From an uncultured euryarchaeote (GTDB lineage: Archaea; Thermoplasmatota; Poseidoniia; Poseidoniales; Poseidoniaceae): a stretch of 48,696 bases of DNA. The stretch is taken from the NCBI GenBank assembly GCA_937911345.1, contig CALDPP010000197.1, positions 1 to 48,696 of the forward strand. The letters run 5' to 3'. A program made the translations under genes and the position numbers. Shown here piece after piece: positions 37,805 through 47,026 of this stretch. The stretch's first letter is position 1; the number at the start of each line of letters is the position of its first letter. The notes beneath the pieces are model-generated. The model saw only the letters and a list, made by a program, of their open reading frames with translations. It was not told where the DNA came from and ran no database searches.

Positions 37805-39043
37805 TTATCTCGTAGCGTAGAAGTTCTGGATTACTTGGGTTACGGTTTGTATGTCTCTTATATCTCTACCAACTAAGTCTTCCAATATCTTTTGCCTTTG
37901 ACTTACATGCTTTTCAAATACATCTGGTGTTATACCTGCTGCTTGACAAATAGTCTCTCTCATCTTCGATGGAATTCCTGTTTCCTCAATTCGGTCATTG
38001 GCGGGATTGTATTTCCAAATTATGTTTAATCTTGGTTTAGTTCCTTCCATACCCGCAATTTCAGCAACTTCGGTTATCTTTCTTGCTGTTTTTCCATTGA
38101 CATGTAACCTTGCTTGAATAATAATTAAATCCAAACCAGTAAGCATGATAGGTGGCACCAACATCGGAGGGTTGATCATTCTGGTCACTGTCTCTTGAGC
38201 CGTATTTGCGTGGAGTGAACCAAACGATCCATCGTGACCTGTATTCATTGCAGTAAGCAAAGTCGCAGCTTCAGGACCTCTAACTTCACCAACAATTATC
38301 CTATCTGGTCGCATTCTCAAGCTTGACTTAAGACAGTCATTCATGTCTACCTCAGGAGTTCCATCTGGTCGCTCTCGACGGGTTTCCATCCTAAGCCAAT
38401 GGTCGTGATATACTTGCAATTCAGCAGTATCTTCTACCGTTAATAATCGCCTGTGCCATGGTATGTACATACCCAAACAATTCAGTGTTGTGGTTTTACC
38501 GGAACCAGTTCCACCTGCAATAACAAAGTTTGCTGGACGACTGTCAAGACCTTCTATCCAAACCCACATCATTGCAGCAAGTCTAGAATTTACTGTACCA
38601 AATTTGATTAGATCAAGCATAGTCAAAGGGTCTTCTCTAAATTTTCTAATTGTTAATGTTGGGCCGTCAGGTGAAATTGGGGGTATCGTTCCATTAACCC
38701 TTGAACCATCTGGCAATCTGCCATCAAATATTGGTACCAGTCCCGGTCCATCACCGAGTGGGACATTGGTAAATGATGCAATGTTTTTGGCGATTTGGAT
38801 TCCACTATCATCATCAATCCAAACATTGGTTCGGCACATGCCGTGGTTTCTATGAGCAACTTTGACACATTGAGTTCCACCGTTATACATAACTTCCTCA
38901 AGATTATCATCCTCGAGTAAAACCGCTAAATCGCCATAGGGGTTAGGATCGATTGAACCATCAACGTGGTAAATTGGCGATGGGTGATTTGGTTCTGTGT
39001 ATATTGTTACTCTTCCATATTGTTCTAATATTTTTTCAGACAT
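37805..39043 (-). CDS. Type IV pilus/secretion ATPase (TadA/CpaF/VirB11 family)
   Basis: GGTGSGKTT, TVEDTAEL, LRMRPDRIIVGEVRG, AMNTGH, LHA. Confidence 0.93.
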   Translation of the reverse strand: MSEKILEQYGRVTIYTEPNHPSPIYHVDGSIDPNPYGDLAVLLEDDNLEEVMYNGGTQCVKVAHRNHGMCRTNVWIDDDSGIQIAKNIASFTNVPLGDGPGLVPIFDGRLPDGSRVNGTIPPISPDGPTLTIRKFREDPLTMLDLIKFGTVNSRLAAMMWVWIEGLDSRPANFVIAGGTGSGKTTTLNCLGMYIPWHRRLLTVEDTAELQVYHDHWLRMETRRERPDGTPEVDMNDCLKSSLRMRPDRIIVGEVRGPEAATLLTAMNTGHDGSFGSLHANTAQETVTRMINPPMLVPPIMLTGLDLIIIQARLHVNGKTARKITEVAEIAGMEGTKPRLNIIWKYNPANDRIEETGIPSKMRETICQAAGITPDVFEKHVSQRQKILEDLVGRDIRDIQTVTQVIQNFYATR

Positions 39044-39046
39044 GAA

Positions 39047-39778
39047 TTAACCTCCAATCATTTTTACTGCACCTAGATAGAGTAACATCGATGTTGACAT
39101 CCAAAATGGCACCCACCATAGCATATCCCTCATTCGTCCCATCATCCTTCCTGAAACTAATGCTCCTACTGCAGAAGCAACAGCAAAGAAGTTAGAGAAT
39201 GTTGAATTAAAATCATTGATCTGATAACCTGATTTTGCTGGAGCAAACAAACCAACAATGAATGCAATCAAAACCGGTAGCCCTATACAAACAAACATTA
39301 CAATCAAGATTCCTCTACCTGCAAGTTCTGATTCCCTTTTATTCATCAAATCATTAAGCCGTTCATAGTCCATGGCTAAGTCTGATAGTATGTTTTGTAG
39401 AGGAGCATCCTGTTGAATCGCTGTATCAATCAATACTACAACCCTTTGAACTTGGGATGAACGAGTCTTTGAAGCGAATGCAGATAATGCTGCGTCAAAT
39501 GATGAAGCATGGCTACTCTCTAGTGTTTCAGTTAGTAGTTTACCTAGGACTCCTGGGGTATTTCTGCCTTGTTCAAGCATAGCTTCTTGCAGACCTCTAC
39601 CTGCACCAACTGCGTCTGATAATGACTCTAGGAGGCCAGGAAGTTGATTCTCGATTCCTCTTCTACGACTTCTCTCAATTATTGGCGGTATTCCGCCAGC
39701 TGCACATGCAATACCAATGACAAAAAGGAATAAAACAAACATATTGTCATTAAATGCTTCCATAAAATCGAAAATCAT
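39047..39778 (-). CDS. Type II secretion system F (TadC-like) membrane platform protein
   Basis: IENQLPGLLESLSDAVGAGRGL plus C-terminal TM helices; adjacent to the ATPase. Confidence 0.85.
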   Translation of the reverse strand: MIFDFMEAFNDNMFVLFLFVIGIACAAGGIPPIIERSRRRGIENQLPGLLESLSDAVGAGRGLQEAMLEQGRNTPGVLGKLLTETLESSHASSFDAALSAFASKTRSSQVQRVVVLIDTAIQQDAPLQNILSDLAMDYERLNDLMNKRESELAGRGILIVMFVCIGLPVLIAFIVGLFAPAKSGYQINDFNSTFSNFFAVASAVGALVSGRMMGRMRDMLWWVPFWMSTSMLLYLGAVKMIGG

Positions 39779-39779
39779 G

Positions 39780-40361
39780 TCACAACCCCGGATCTTTTGT
39801 ATGTGCTTTCAGGCCAATTAACATCATTCCAATCACAGTAAATATTAATCCACCGTTAACTATTGAATTTATCATACCTTGGTCTATAGAACCTATTATT
39901 GCTTCGGCACCATCACCAAGTATCTGTGGCACGAGCCCTACAATGGCCAAGATAATTGGGCCAATCATGCCAATTGAGAGTAGTGTTTCTGGAACCCCGC
40001 CTAAATCTTCAATGTACTTGTTAACAGATTCATTTCTGTCTTCTTCCATTCTTTTACCTTGTTTTCTTAATGTTTCAACCAAATCCGTATTTTGTGTTAA
40101 GTTGGTGTACATTGTATTCAGTAATCTACGATAGCCTTCTGATTCTGCTTTATTCATCATGGCTTTCACTTCGTATTCAAGACCTCTAGATTTCCCGGAA
40201 CCTAACTTTTCCATTATTGAAGAAAAATCTTTAGAAATTATACCATAGCCTCCCTTACCTATTGTGTGTAGCGCTGCCTCAAGCCCAACACCTGATGACA
40301 TTAAGACATCTAAGGTTCTAATAACATAGAGAATTTCTTTCTTCTCATCTAATTTCCTCAA
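39780..40361 (-). CDS. Type II secretion system F (TadB/TadC-like) membrane protein, short
   Basis: MSSGVGLEAAL...GYGIISKDF and two C-terminal TM helices. Confidence 0.8.
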   Translation of the reverse strand: MRKLDEKKEILYVIRTLDVLMSSGVGLEAALHTIGKGGYGIISKDFSSIMEKLGSGKSRGLEYEVKAMMNKAESEGYRRLLNTMYTNLTQNTDLVETLRKQGKRMEEDRNESVNKYIEDLGGVPETLLSIGMIGPIILAIVGLVPQILGDGAEAIIGSIDQGMINSIVNGGLIFTVIGMMLIGLKAHTKDPGL

Positions 40362-40370
40362 GCCAATCCC

Positions 40371-40724
40371 TCAGACTATATCTTCAATAAATTCAAAAGT
40401 AAACATTTCATTTGATCCGTCATATTCCATAGAAGCAAAAACCACTTTCACATCTCTTTCTTCGAATGGGTCATGAATACATGGCTGCCCAGAGCGATAC
40501 ATAGATAGAATTTTTTTGTATTCATCAATCTTCATTTCACCAGATACGGTGTACAGAGTCGATTCAGAACCCTCGTCATGTAAGTTATCTCCTTCTTGAC
40601 CTCTAACAATAGTTCGAGTTATTCTTCTTGCAGACTTCACTTTGATATCTGCGTTTGGTATTCTTATCCAGTCTGAACTACTTGTTCCGGTTGCGGGGCG
40701 AATAAAAAAATCCATTCCAGCCAT
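40371..40724 (-). CDS. Hypothetical protein, possibly related to the phage tail-tube/Mu DNA-circularization N-terminal family
   Basis: About 117 aa with RRITRTIVRGQEGDNLHDEGSESTLYTVSG. ATG 40724 follows GGTGGAG; alternative GTG at 40745. Confidence 0.55.
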   Translation of the reverse strand: MAGMDFFIRPATGTSSSDWIRIPNADIKVKSARRITRTIVRGQEGDNLHDEGSESTLYTVSGEMKIDEYKKILSMYRSGQPCIHDPFEERDVKVVFASMEYDGSNEMFTFEFIEDIV

Positions 40725-40786
40725 TGCTCCACCTAAATTAGCCACAGACGATAGGGAACTTGAATGTGTTGGGAGAAAAGAATTGT

Positions 40787-41713
40787 CTAGACTAATCTAA
40801 ACCAACCAAATGCGGGTTCATGAACCGTGCCATCATCTGATAATTCTTCCAGTTTTTCTTCCGCAATTGTACGTTGAAATCCTCGAGCCTCCGCATTAAC
40901 TAAAATTGTCTCAAACTCAACACCATCACCTTGATCTAACTTTGTAATGATATCAATAATTGCGGTTTCTAAGTCCGACTGGCCTTCGCTTTCGCCATCA
41001 TCTTGAGATGATTCCTCAACTAGCATCCTTTGTGGAGCAGGTTTTGTTGCCGCCTCTAACTTCCCTTCCGCAATATCAAGAGCTTGCATTACATTCAAAC
41101 GATAATGTTCCAAATCAATATCACCATAATGGTTTCTTGAAGATACCAAACCTAAAATTTGATTCTCAGTGAAATCTGACTTAGATAGAGATTCAATATT
41201 AGCATCGAAATCTAAACTTGATACATAAATTGACATTCTTTCCATCAAAGATTGAGAGGTTTTTGCTAACCAAGATGCATATCTTTGTGCATCGATTACG
41301 CACATTTCTTCAGGCCTTAGTGATGTGTAAATTGCACCCTCTTCCGTTTGGTAAAGCCTGGTCTTAGCGACCATCAAAACCAACACCGGCTCACCTGATT
41401 CTAGTCTTGCAGATAGCTGAATGGTCATTTCTTTGACAGAATCTGAAACATAATCACCGACTGAGAAATAATTTATTCCTGATGGATCCCTTAATTGTCC
41501 TTGATAAATTACTGAGCCATTAGCAACATCTCTGCCTTCAATTCTCTCAAGCAAACCTGCAACAATTACTCGGTTGACCCGAGAACCAAGTTTTGTTATT
41601 ACAAATGATGGGTCAAATTCCCCGGAACCTTTCTCGGACAATGTAGATTCACCATATTCTGATGCAAACATGTGTAGCGCAGATTGGCGCTTTACTGACC
41701 TCGTTGGTTGCAT
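40787..41713 (-). CDS. RPA-associated/RPA32-like protein (OB fold plus C-terminal winged helix)
   Basis: TKLGSRVNRVIVAG, LRDPSG, SLRPE; C-terminal LEELSDDGTVHEP. Overlaps the rpa stop. Confidence 0.82.
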   Translation of the reverse strand: MQPTRSVKRQSALHMFASEYGESTLSEKGSGEFDPSFVITKLGSRVNRVIVAGLLERIEGRDVANGSVIYQGQLRDPSGINYFSVGDYVSDSVKEMTIQLSARLESGEPVLVLMVAKTRLYQTEEGAIYTSLRPEEMCVIDAQRYASWLAKTSQSLMERMSIYVSSLDFDANIESLSKSDFTENQILGLVSSRNHYGDIDLEHYRLNVMQALDIAEGKLEAATKPAPQRMLVEESSQDDGESEGQSDLETAIIDIITKLDQGDGVEFETILVNAEARGFQRTIAEEKLEELSDDGTVHEPAFGWFRLV

Positions 41714-43401
41714 CAGTTAACCCCCCATTGCGCTCTTACTTCTGTCGCAAGCATGGCTCCATCATCTGGCTTTAAACCTGCATAGTCAGCTAAAATCATA
41801 GCTCCCTGCTCATCGACTATTGTTCGACCTTTTACTTCTAGTTCTCTTCCAAGAAGGAAATCTCTCAAAGATTGGACAAATTCCATCTTTCCCTCTGAAT
41901 CTATGTCTGAAGCCATCTTTTCTTCGGTAGTATTGATTAATTTGAGTGCAGCATCTTTGTTAATCAAAAGAGATGCCGTTACTTGACCATTATCGACCAC
42001 TAACCGAAGCCTAACATCTTGTTGTGATTCTACCTTACCATGTATGCTACATTCTCCGTCCCTTAGCACCCTCCTACATTCCGAACAACGCATAATGATT
42101 CCAGAATCTTCTCGAACGCTGACAACTGTCCCAGATGTTGAAATCCCGACTCTGCTAGATGAATTAACCAAATCAGTAAGTTCAACTTCTACCACATGAT
42201 CTTGTAGGTCTAGGTCATCATCCCATGGCGGAGACTCCAAAATTTCAATCTGTTCGGCTTTGTCAACGGTTATGTCTGGTATACCTTGCCAAGCCCTAAC
42301 TCTTACCCCGGTTAGCTTAACAGTTATCGGGAGGTCTTTATCTGAAATAGGTAATTCTTCCCAAGCACTCATCCTGCATCTACCAGTTGGGTCAGCAATT
42401 TGTCCGGACCAGAGAAATCTTTCTTCACCATCTTTAGTGAAACTTCTCTTTTGCCATTCAGTAATCTGTACTATTGCTTCTACATCTCTTGAACCGTCAG
42501 TCAATTGAGATATTGTTTTCATATTGTGCGAATTTAATTTCTCAATGTTAGCAAAATTAGCATCGTGAAATGATTCTATCTTGGTAGTCCTGCCAAAATT
42601 AAGTTCTGGAGTATCGCGAAAAGTCCTTACCTGAGCGCCATCAATCTTGATTAGGCTACCAACTTCATGGCTAAATGGCTCCCAAGATAGGAACCCAATC
42701 GTTCCTGTTTCGTCGGCAATTCGACCCCTTACGACGTCTATAGAACCAGAACCGTCTTTTCGATGTATTTGGTCTGGCCTAGAAGATAGTACTCTTCCAA
42801 CTACGCAGATATATCCGTCATTTGGTATACTATCTATGTCAATAGGCTCTCCTGGTTGATGCACTGGCCTAGTACCTTCTCGTAATACAGCAACTCTTGC
42901 TCCTTGGTTTATGTTTAGCGACATTTTTCCTTGATACTCATTTACCGATGCACCCTCTATTCTGATGACAGATCCGGGTGTAATGTTTGTATTGGGACCC
43001 CAATCCTTGTATTCCCATCTAACTCTACTACCACCTTCTTCCCATGGATTATCTTCGATTAATCCAAAAGCGATCTGCTTTTGTTCACCTCTGATTGTTT
43101 GTTCTCTGAGATTATGTGATACTACCTCAACTTCAATCTCTATGTCTCTGTCAGTTCCAGATAGTTCGGATAATGAACTCACCTTCTTTGTCTGTCTAGT
43201 AGTTTGACTACTTGACTTAGTTGAGTTTGCTGGAGTTTTATCTCCTTGAAATCGCCTGATTATAGACCTGAGTGCATCTTGTGGAGGTATGTAAAATTCT
43301 TCCTCATATTTCACAAAAGCAGCCTTTATCTCATCAGTATCTGCTTCAGGGCATTCTGATAATACTGCTTTGATATGAGATTCATACTTGTCATCTGACA
43401 A
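41713..43401 (-). CDS. rpa: Replication protein A large subunit (multiple OB folds, Zn finger)
   Basis: IADETGTIGFLSW, IADPTGRCRMSAW, RCSECRR...CSIHG. TTG 43401 follows GAGGTG. Confidence 0.88.
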   Translation of the reverse strand: MSDDKYESHIKAVLSECPEADTDEIKAAFVKYEEEFYIPPQDALRSIIRRFQGDKTPANSTKSSSQTTRQTKKVSSLSELSGTDRDIEIEVEVVSHNLREQTIRGEQKQIAFGLIEDNPWEEGGSRVRWEYKDWGPNTNITPGSVIRIEGASVNEYQGKMSLNINQGARVAVLREGTRPVHQPGEPIDIDSIPNDGYICVVGRVLSSRPDQIHRKDGSGSIDVVRGRIADETGTIGFLSWEPFSHEVGSLIKIDGAQVRTFRDTPELNFGRTTKIESFHDANFANIEKLNSHNMKTISQLTDGSRDVEAIVQITEWQKRSFTKDGEERFLWSGQIADPTGRCRMSAWEELPISDKDLPITVKLTGVRVRAWQGIPDITVDKAEQIEILESPPWDDDLDLQDHVVEVELTDLVNSSSRVGISTSGTVVSVREDSGIIMRCSECRRVLRDGECSIHGKVESQQDVRLRLVVDNGQVTASLLINKDAALKLINTTEEKMASDIDSEGKMEFVQSLRDFLLGRELEVKGRTIVDEQGAMILADYAGLKPDDGAMLATEVRAQWGVN

Positions 43402-43553
43402 ATAAAACACCTCTACATACTCTGTTTGTTCTTGGTTTTCCTAATGTTGGAAAACATGCGGGCCTTTGTGCGGTTTGGTTAAGACAATACACTCCCTTTT
43501 CCTCCTGTAACTCCTCACCGAAGCCGAAAGGAAATAAATTATGCTATCGAATA

Positions 43554-44957
43554 TTATGCTGGATTTACTCGTAAGCCTTGATTTAGCAACACGCTTGGAA
43601 GATACATTGTTCCTGAAGAATAAGACCCTTGGGGCCTTACATCATCACCAAGAATTACGTTTTCAGAGAGTGCTTTTGCCATGTTTCCTGATAATCCAGC
43701 TTGTTTTACCGAACCGATTATTTCCCCGTTTTCAACCCTAAGGATTGAACTTGTTGTAACAGAAAAATCGCCGCTTGTTGGATTAGCAGTGTGAGCCCCC
43801 ATCACGCTATTCACTACGTAACCATCAGCCATTGATTCTACCATAGCATCAAATTGTTGGATTTTACTATCTGTTGTAAGGAATAAATTACTACATCCTG
43901 ACACAGGTGGAGATTGATGCCCAGAACGTATTGCTGAACCTGTAGTCGTTGCATCAATTATTCTACCCTCTGCAATCTGTTGTGCAGCATCTCTAGTTGA
44001 CCAAAGAGAACCGAGCAACTTACCAGACTCAATCAACAAATTTTTCCTAGTTGGTACGCCCTCATCATCTCTTGAACCCGAAGACCGGCAACCATCTACT
44101 GTTGCATCATCTATCAAACTAAGATCTGAGGAGATTACTGTTTGATTCATTTTTCCAGACCAAAAGGATTCACTTCTGGCTAATTTTTCACCCTTTACCG
44201 CGTTTGGGACTACGACCGAAAATAATGGTGAAAAGCCCTCACTTGTCATCAGCACTGGCGATTCATCTTTTACTGAATCTACCTTAATTGGGTCCCTTGT
44301 TAGTTTGGCCCATTCTACTGCTCTAGCAACACAACTTGGTATTTCAGGTAACTTACTACGAGAAGAATTACTTTGCCAGGAACTAGTCAGTTGTCCATTT
44401 TCCTCTATAGAAACTTGTACTCCAACTCCATGAGAGGTTGTTAGACCCGCAGACTCAATTCCTTCACTGGTCAAAATTGCACTGGCACTGGCGCTAACAC
44501 CAATCCCCCCTCCGGTCACAACAGCTCGATTATCGAGCGATGCTACTTCTGAAATAATCATATCAGCCTGAGTAAGTAGACTCTCTGAATCCATTTGAAC
44601 TATAGATTTGTCATAAAGTCCACCAACCTGATTTGCTTTTTGCTCTGATGGTAAAACAAAACCCTCAATTGAAGGAGACATTCTTGCAATAGATAACGCA
44701 CTGCTGATTGCTTTGTCAGCTGATTTTACATCCACAAGGTATGCAAAACCAAACTTGCCGTCTTCAATTACTCTGATTCCGTAACCTCCCTCGCCACCGC
44801 CTGCGGCTAGGGAAATTTTCCCGCCCTCGATATCTATTTGGTGGCCGTATGATTGAGTAGCGACAATTTCCCAACTAGAGACTCCGAGAGATTGACATCT
44901 TTCACCAATTGATTTACAGCCAGACTGGAGTCTGTCCAGAGCGTCATTTGGTAGCAA
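43554..44957 (-). CDS. tldE: TldE/PmbA metalloprotease subunit
   Basis: DDEGVP, LIESGKL, HTANPTSGDFSV, VENGEI; no HExxxH motif. Confidence 0.88.
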   Translation of the reverse strand: MLPNDALDRLQSGCKSIGERCQSLGVSSWEIVATQSYGHQIDIEGGKISLAAGGGEGGYGIRVIEDGKFGFAYLVDVKSADKAISSALSIARMSPSIEGFVLPSEQKANQVGGLYDKSIVQMDSESLLTQADMIISEVASLDNRAVVTGGGIGVSASASAILTSEGIESAGLTTSHGVGVQVSIEENGQLTSSWQSNSSRSKLPEIPSCVARAVEWAKLTRDPIKVDSVKDESPVLMTSEGFSPLFSVVVPNAVKGEKLARSESFWSGKMNQTVISSDLSLIDDATVDGCRSSGSRDDEGVPTRKNLLIESGKLLGSLWSTRDAAQQIAEGRIIDATTTGSAIRSGHQSPPVSGCSNLFLTTDSKIQQFDAMVESMADGYVVNSVMGAHTANPTSGDFSVTTSSILRVENGEIIGSVKQAGLSGNMAKALSENVILGDDVRPQGSYSSGTMYLPSVLLNQGLRVNPA

Positions 44958-44959
44958 AT

Positions 44960-46402
44960 TTATCCCACCAATGCTTCACTAATTCTCATTATTGGGCCGC
45001 CATCTCCAACCGGTACGGTTTGTCCTTTACCGCAAAAACCCGGTGCTGCAAGTCTGGAATCTTTTGTAAGACCATCAACATCTTTGAGGATTTGGAGGGT
45101 TAAGCCACTAACACTGACATCTTTTAATGGAGCCGTTATTTCGCCATTCTCGATTAACCAAGCCTCTTGAGCTGCAAATTGGAACGATCCTCTTCCCGTG
45201 TCAACTTGTCCGCCTCGTGAGCCACAAGCATATACTCCATACTCAATATCCTCAACCAGTTCGTCCAAATCTGAATGAGTCCCACCGTGAATTAGGGTAT
45301 TTGACATTCTAACCAATGGATGATGTAATCCATCTTGTGCTCTAGCCCCTGCATTCGGTTTTATGCCAAAGTGTTCTGCGGTTTCTCTATGGTTTAGATA
45401 TTCGGTTAATACACCGTTTTTTATTAGACATTTCTCAGTTGTATCGAGTCCTTCATCATCGATAGGGTGTGCTCCATAGCCTCCTCTGATAGTCGGGTCA
45501 TCGATTACTGTAACTATGTCACTTCCAATCTTCTGTCCAAGTTTGCCATCAAGACATGAATCCCCTGCTGCGACTAGGTCTGCCTCACATGGATGACCTA
45601 ATGCTTCGTGTATGTAGACTCCTGTTAAGTCTCTGTCAGCAATCAACGGCATCTTTCCTGATGGCGCTCTTGTTGCTTTTAACAATCGCAATGCTGAAAC
45701 TTTTGCATTATCTCCGAGTTGGTTGATATCACACGATTCGATTAACTCTAATCCTCCCTCTCCACCAAATCTAGTACGGTATGAGACTACTTCTGATCCA
45801 TCTCTTGCTGTAACCATACCATTAATCAAGGATCTTTGGAAACTCCAAGTACGATTCATACCCTCGGTACTAAGGAACTCAGTGTGAATATGTTCATCAT
45901 GCCAGCCACAATTGACTGAAACGATATTGTCATGGCCTGAAGCAGAAGAACTGAATAGTTTCATATGCTCCAATCTTTCGTTTAATTCCGTATTTCTTAC
46001 ATCTTTCTTGGGCTTCCAGTGAATTGTGTCTTCTATTATTGGAACCTCGGCCAAGCTGATTGGCTTATCTTTTGGAGAACGTCTTGCGGCAACTGACCTT
46101 GCTAACTTAAGGGTTGGATTCATTTGTTGTTCAAGTGAAGCAATATCAGTGGTAGAATGAACACCCCAAGCCCCATCAGCAAGTACCCTTATTGTTGCGC
46201 CAATTTCTTGACCTGGGATAGCCTTCTCTAGTTTTCCATCCCTCATAGACACAGAGTAGTCTGTGTAAGCAACTAGTCTCACTTCTGCATATGTCGCTCC
46301 GTTTTTGGCTACATTATCCAAACTCTTGTTAATCTTGTCAACATTTAGATATCGACTACTCGCATCTTGGACATTCGAATCGGGAGATTTAGCAATCACC
46401 AT
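44960..46402 (-). CDS. tldD: TldD metalloprotease subunit
   Basis: HEALGHPCEAD, DDEG, VRMSNT, GGQVD, CGKGQTVPVGDGGP. Confidence 0.93.
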   Translation of the reverse strand: MVIAKSPDSNVQDASSRYLNVDKINKSLDNVAKNGATYAEVRLVAYTDYSVSMRDGKLEKAIPGQEIGATIRVLADGAWGVHSTTDIASLEQQMNPTLKLARSVAARRSPKDKPISLAEVPIIEDTIHWKPKKDVRNTELNERLEHMKLFSSSASGHDNIVSVNCGWHDEHIHTEFLSTEGMNRTWSFQRSLINGMVTARDGSEVVSYRTRFGGEGGLELIESCDINQLGDNAKVSALRLLKATRAPSGKMPLIADRDLTGVYIHEALGHPCEADLVAAGDSCLDGKLGQKIGSDIVTVIDDPTIRGGYGAHPIDDEGLDTTEKCLIKNGVLTEYLNHRETAEHFGIKPNAGARAQDGLHHPLVRMSNTLIHGGTHSDLDELVEDIEYGVYACGSRGGQVDTGRGSFQFAAQEAWLIENGEITAPLKDVSVSGLTLQILKDVDGLTKDSRLAAPGFCGKGQTVPVGDGGPIMRISEALVG

Positions 46403-46447
46403 AATTAAGCCAGTTATTGGTGGTGTTTGAATGCTTCTTACAATTGA

Positions 46448-47026
46448 CTATGAATTCAAGTCCGATGAAATGACAAAACCAATGATGATGTCCTCTGTTA
46501 TTTCATCTAATTTTGTAACTTCTATGCCTAGTTTATCTAATCCATCTAGAGTTATTTCCGGTCGACTTTCAATCGGTTGAATTCCTAACTTTTCTGCGAT
46601 TTCAACAAATATTTCTTTCGATTGGACGAAATCAATAACCGGGTATAACTCATCATCGTTTTCTTCATATTCTGGTAAATAGACAATCCATGCCCTATCA
46701 TGAGATTTCTGTATTCCTACTTTTTTGAACGCTTCCGATACGTGATGAGTGCCAGCGATATAACGCAAAAATTCTGCATCTATCGAGCGAGCAAGTGCCT
46801 TACCTTTTGCAAATGCTCGCTGAGATAATAACCATGCAGTCCACAGTTGATGATCGGTCAGTGCTGCATAATCAGCCAACATTAACCAATTTTGACTAGG
46901 CCTTTTCGTTAGAAAATCACCTATCAAGTCATCTTGTCGTGTTGAGATATCAACCATGAAACAAGGGAATGGCGGCATCTCCATGTTACCCGCTATGGCA
47001 ATTGGTTTTTCAATAATCCGTTTCAT
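46448..47026 (-). CDS. cgi121: KEOPS complex subunit Cgi121
   Basis: ARSIDAEFLRYIAGTHHVSEAFKKVG; overlaps the 3' end of the helicase gene. Confidence 0.82.
   Translation of the reverse strand: MKRIIEKPIAIAGNMEMPPFPCFMVDISTRQDDLIGDFLTKRPSQNWLMLADYAALTDHQLWTAWLLSQRAFAKGKALARSIDAEFLRYIAGTHHVSEAFKKVGIQKSHDRAWIVYLPEYEENDDELYPVIDFVQSKEIFVEIAEKLGIQPIESRPEITLDGLDKLGIEVTKLDEITEDIIIGFVISSDLNS

Noticed and set aside
40371-40745. Provirus remnant around the phage-tail-like ORF
   Set aside because: No capsid, terminase, portal or integrase genes nearby; the ORF is tightly coupled to the Tad genes.
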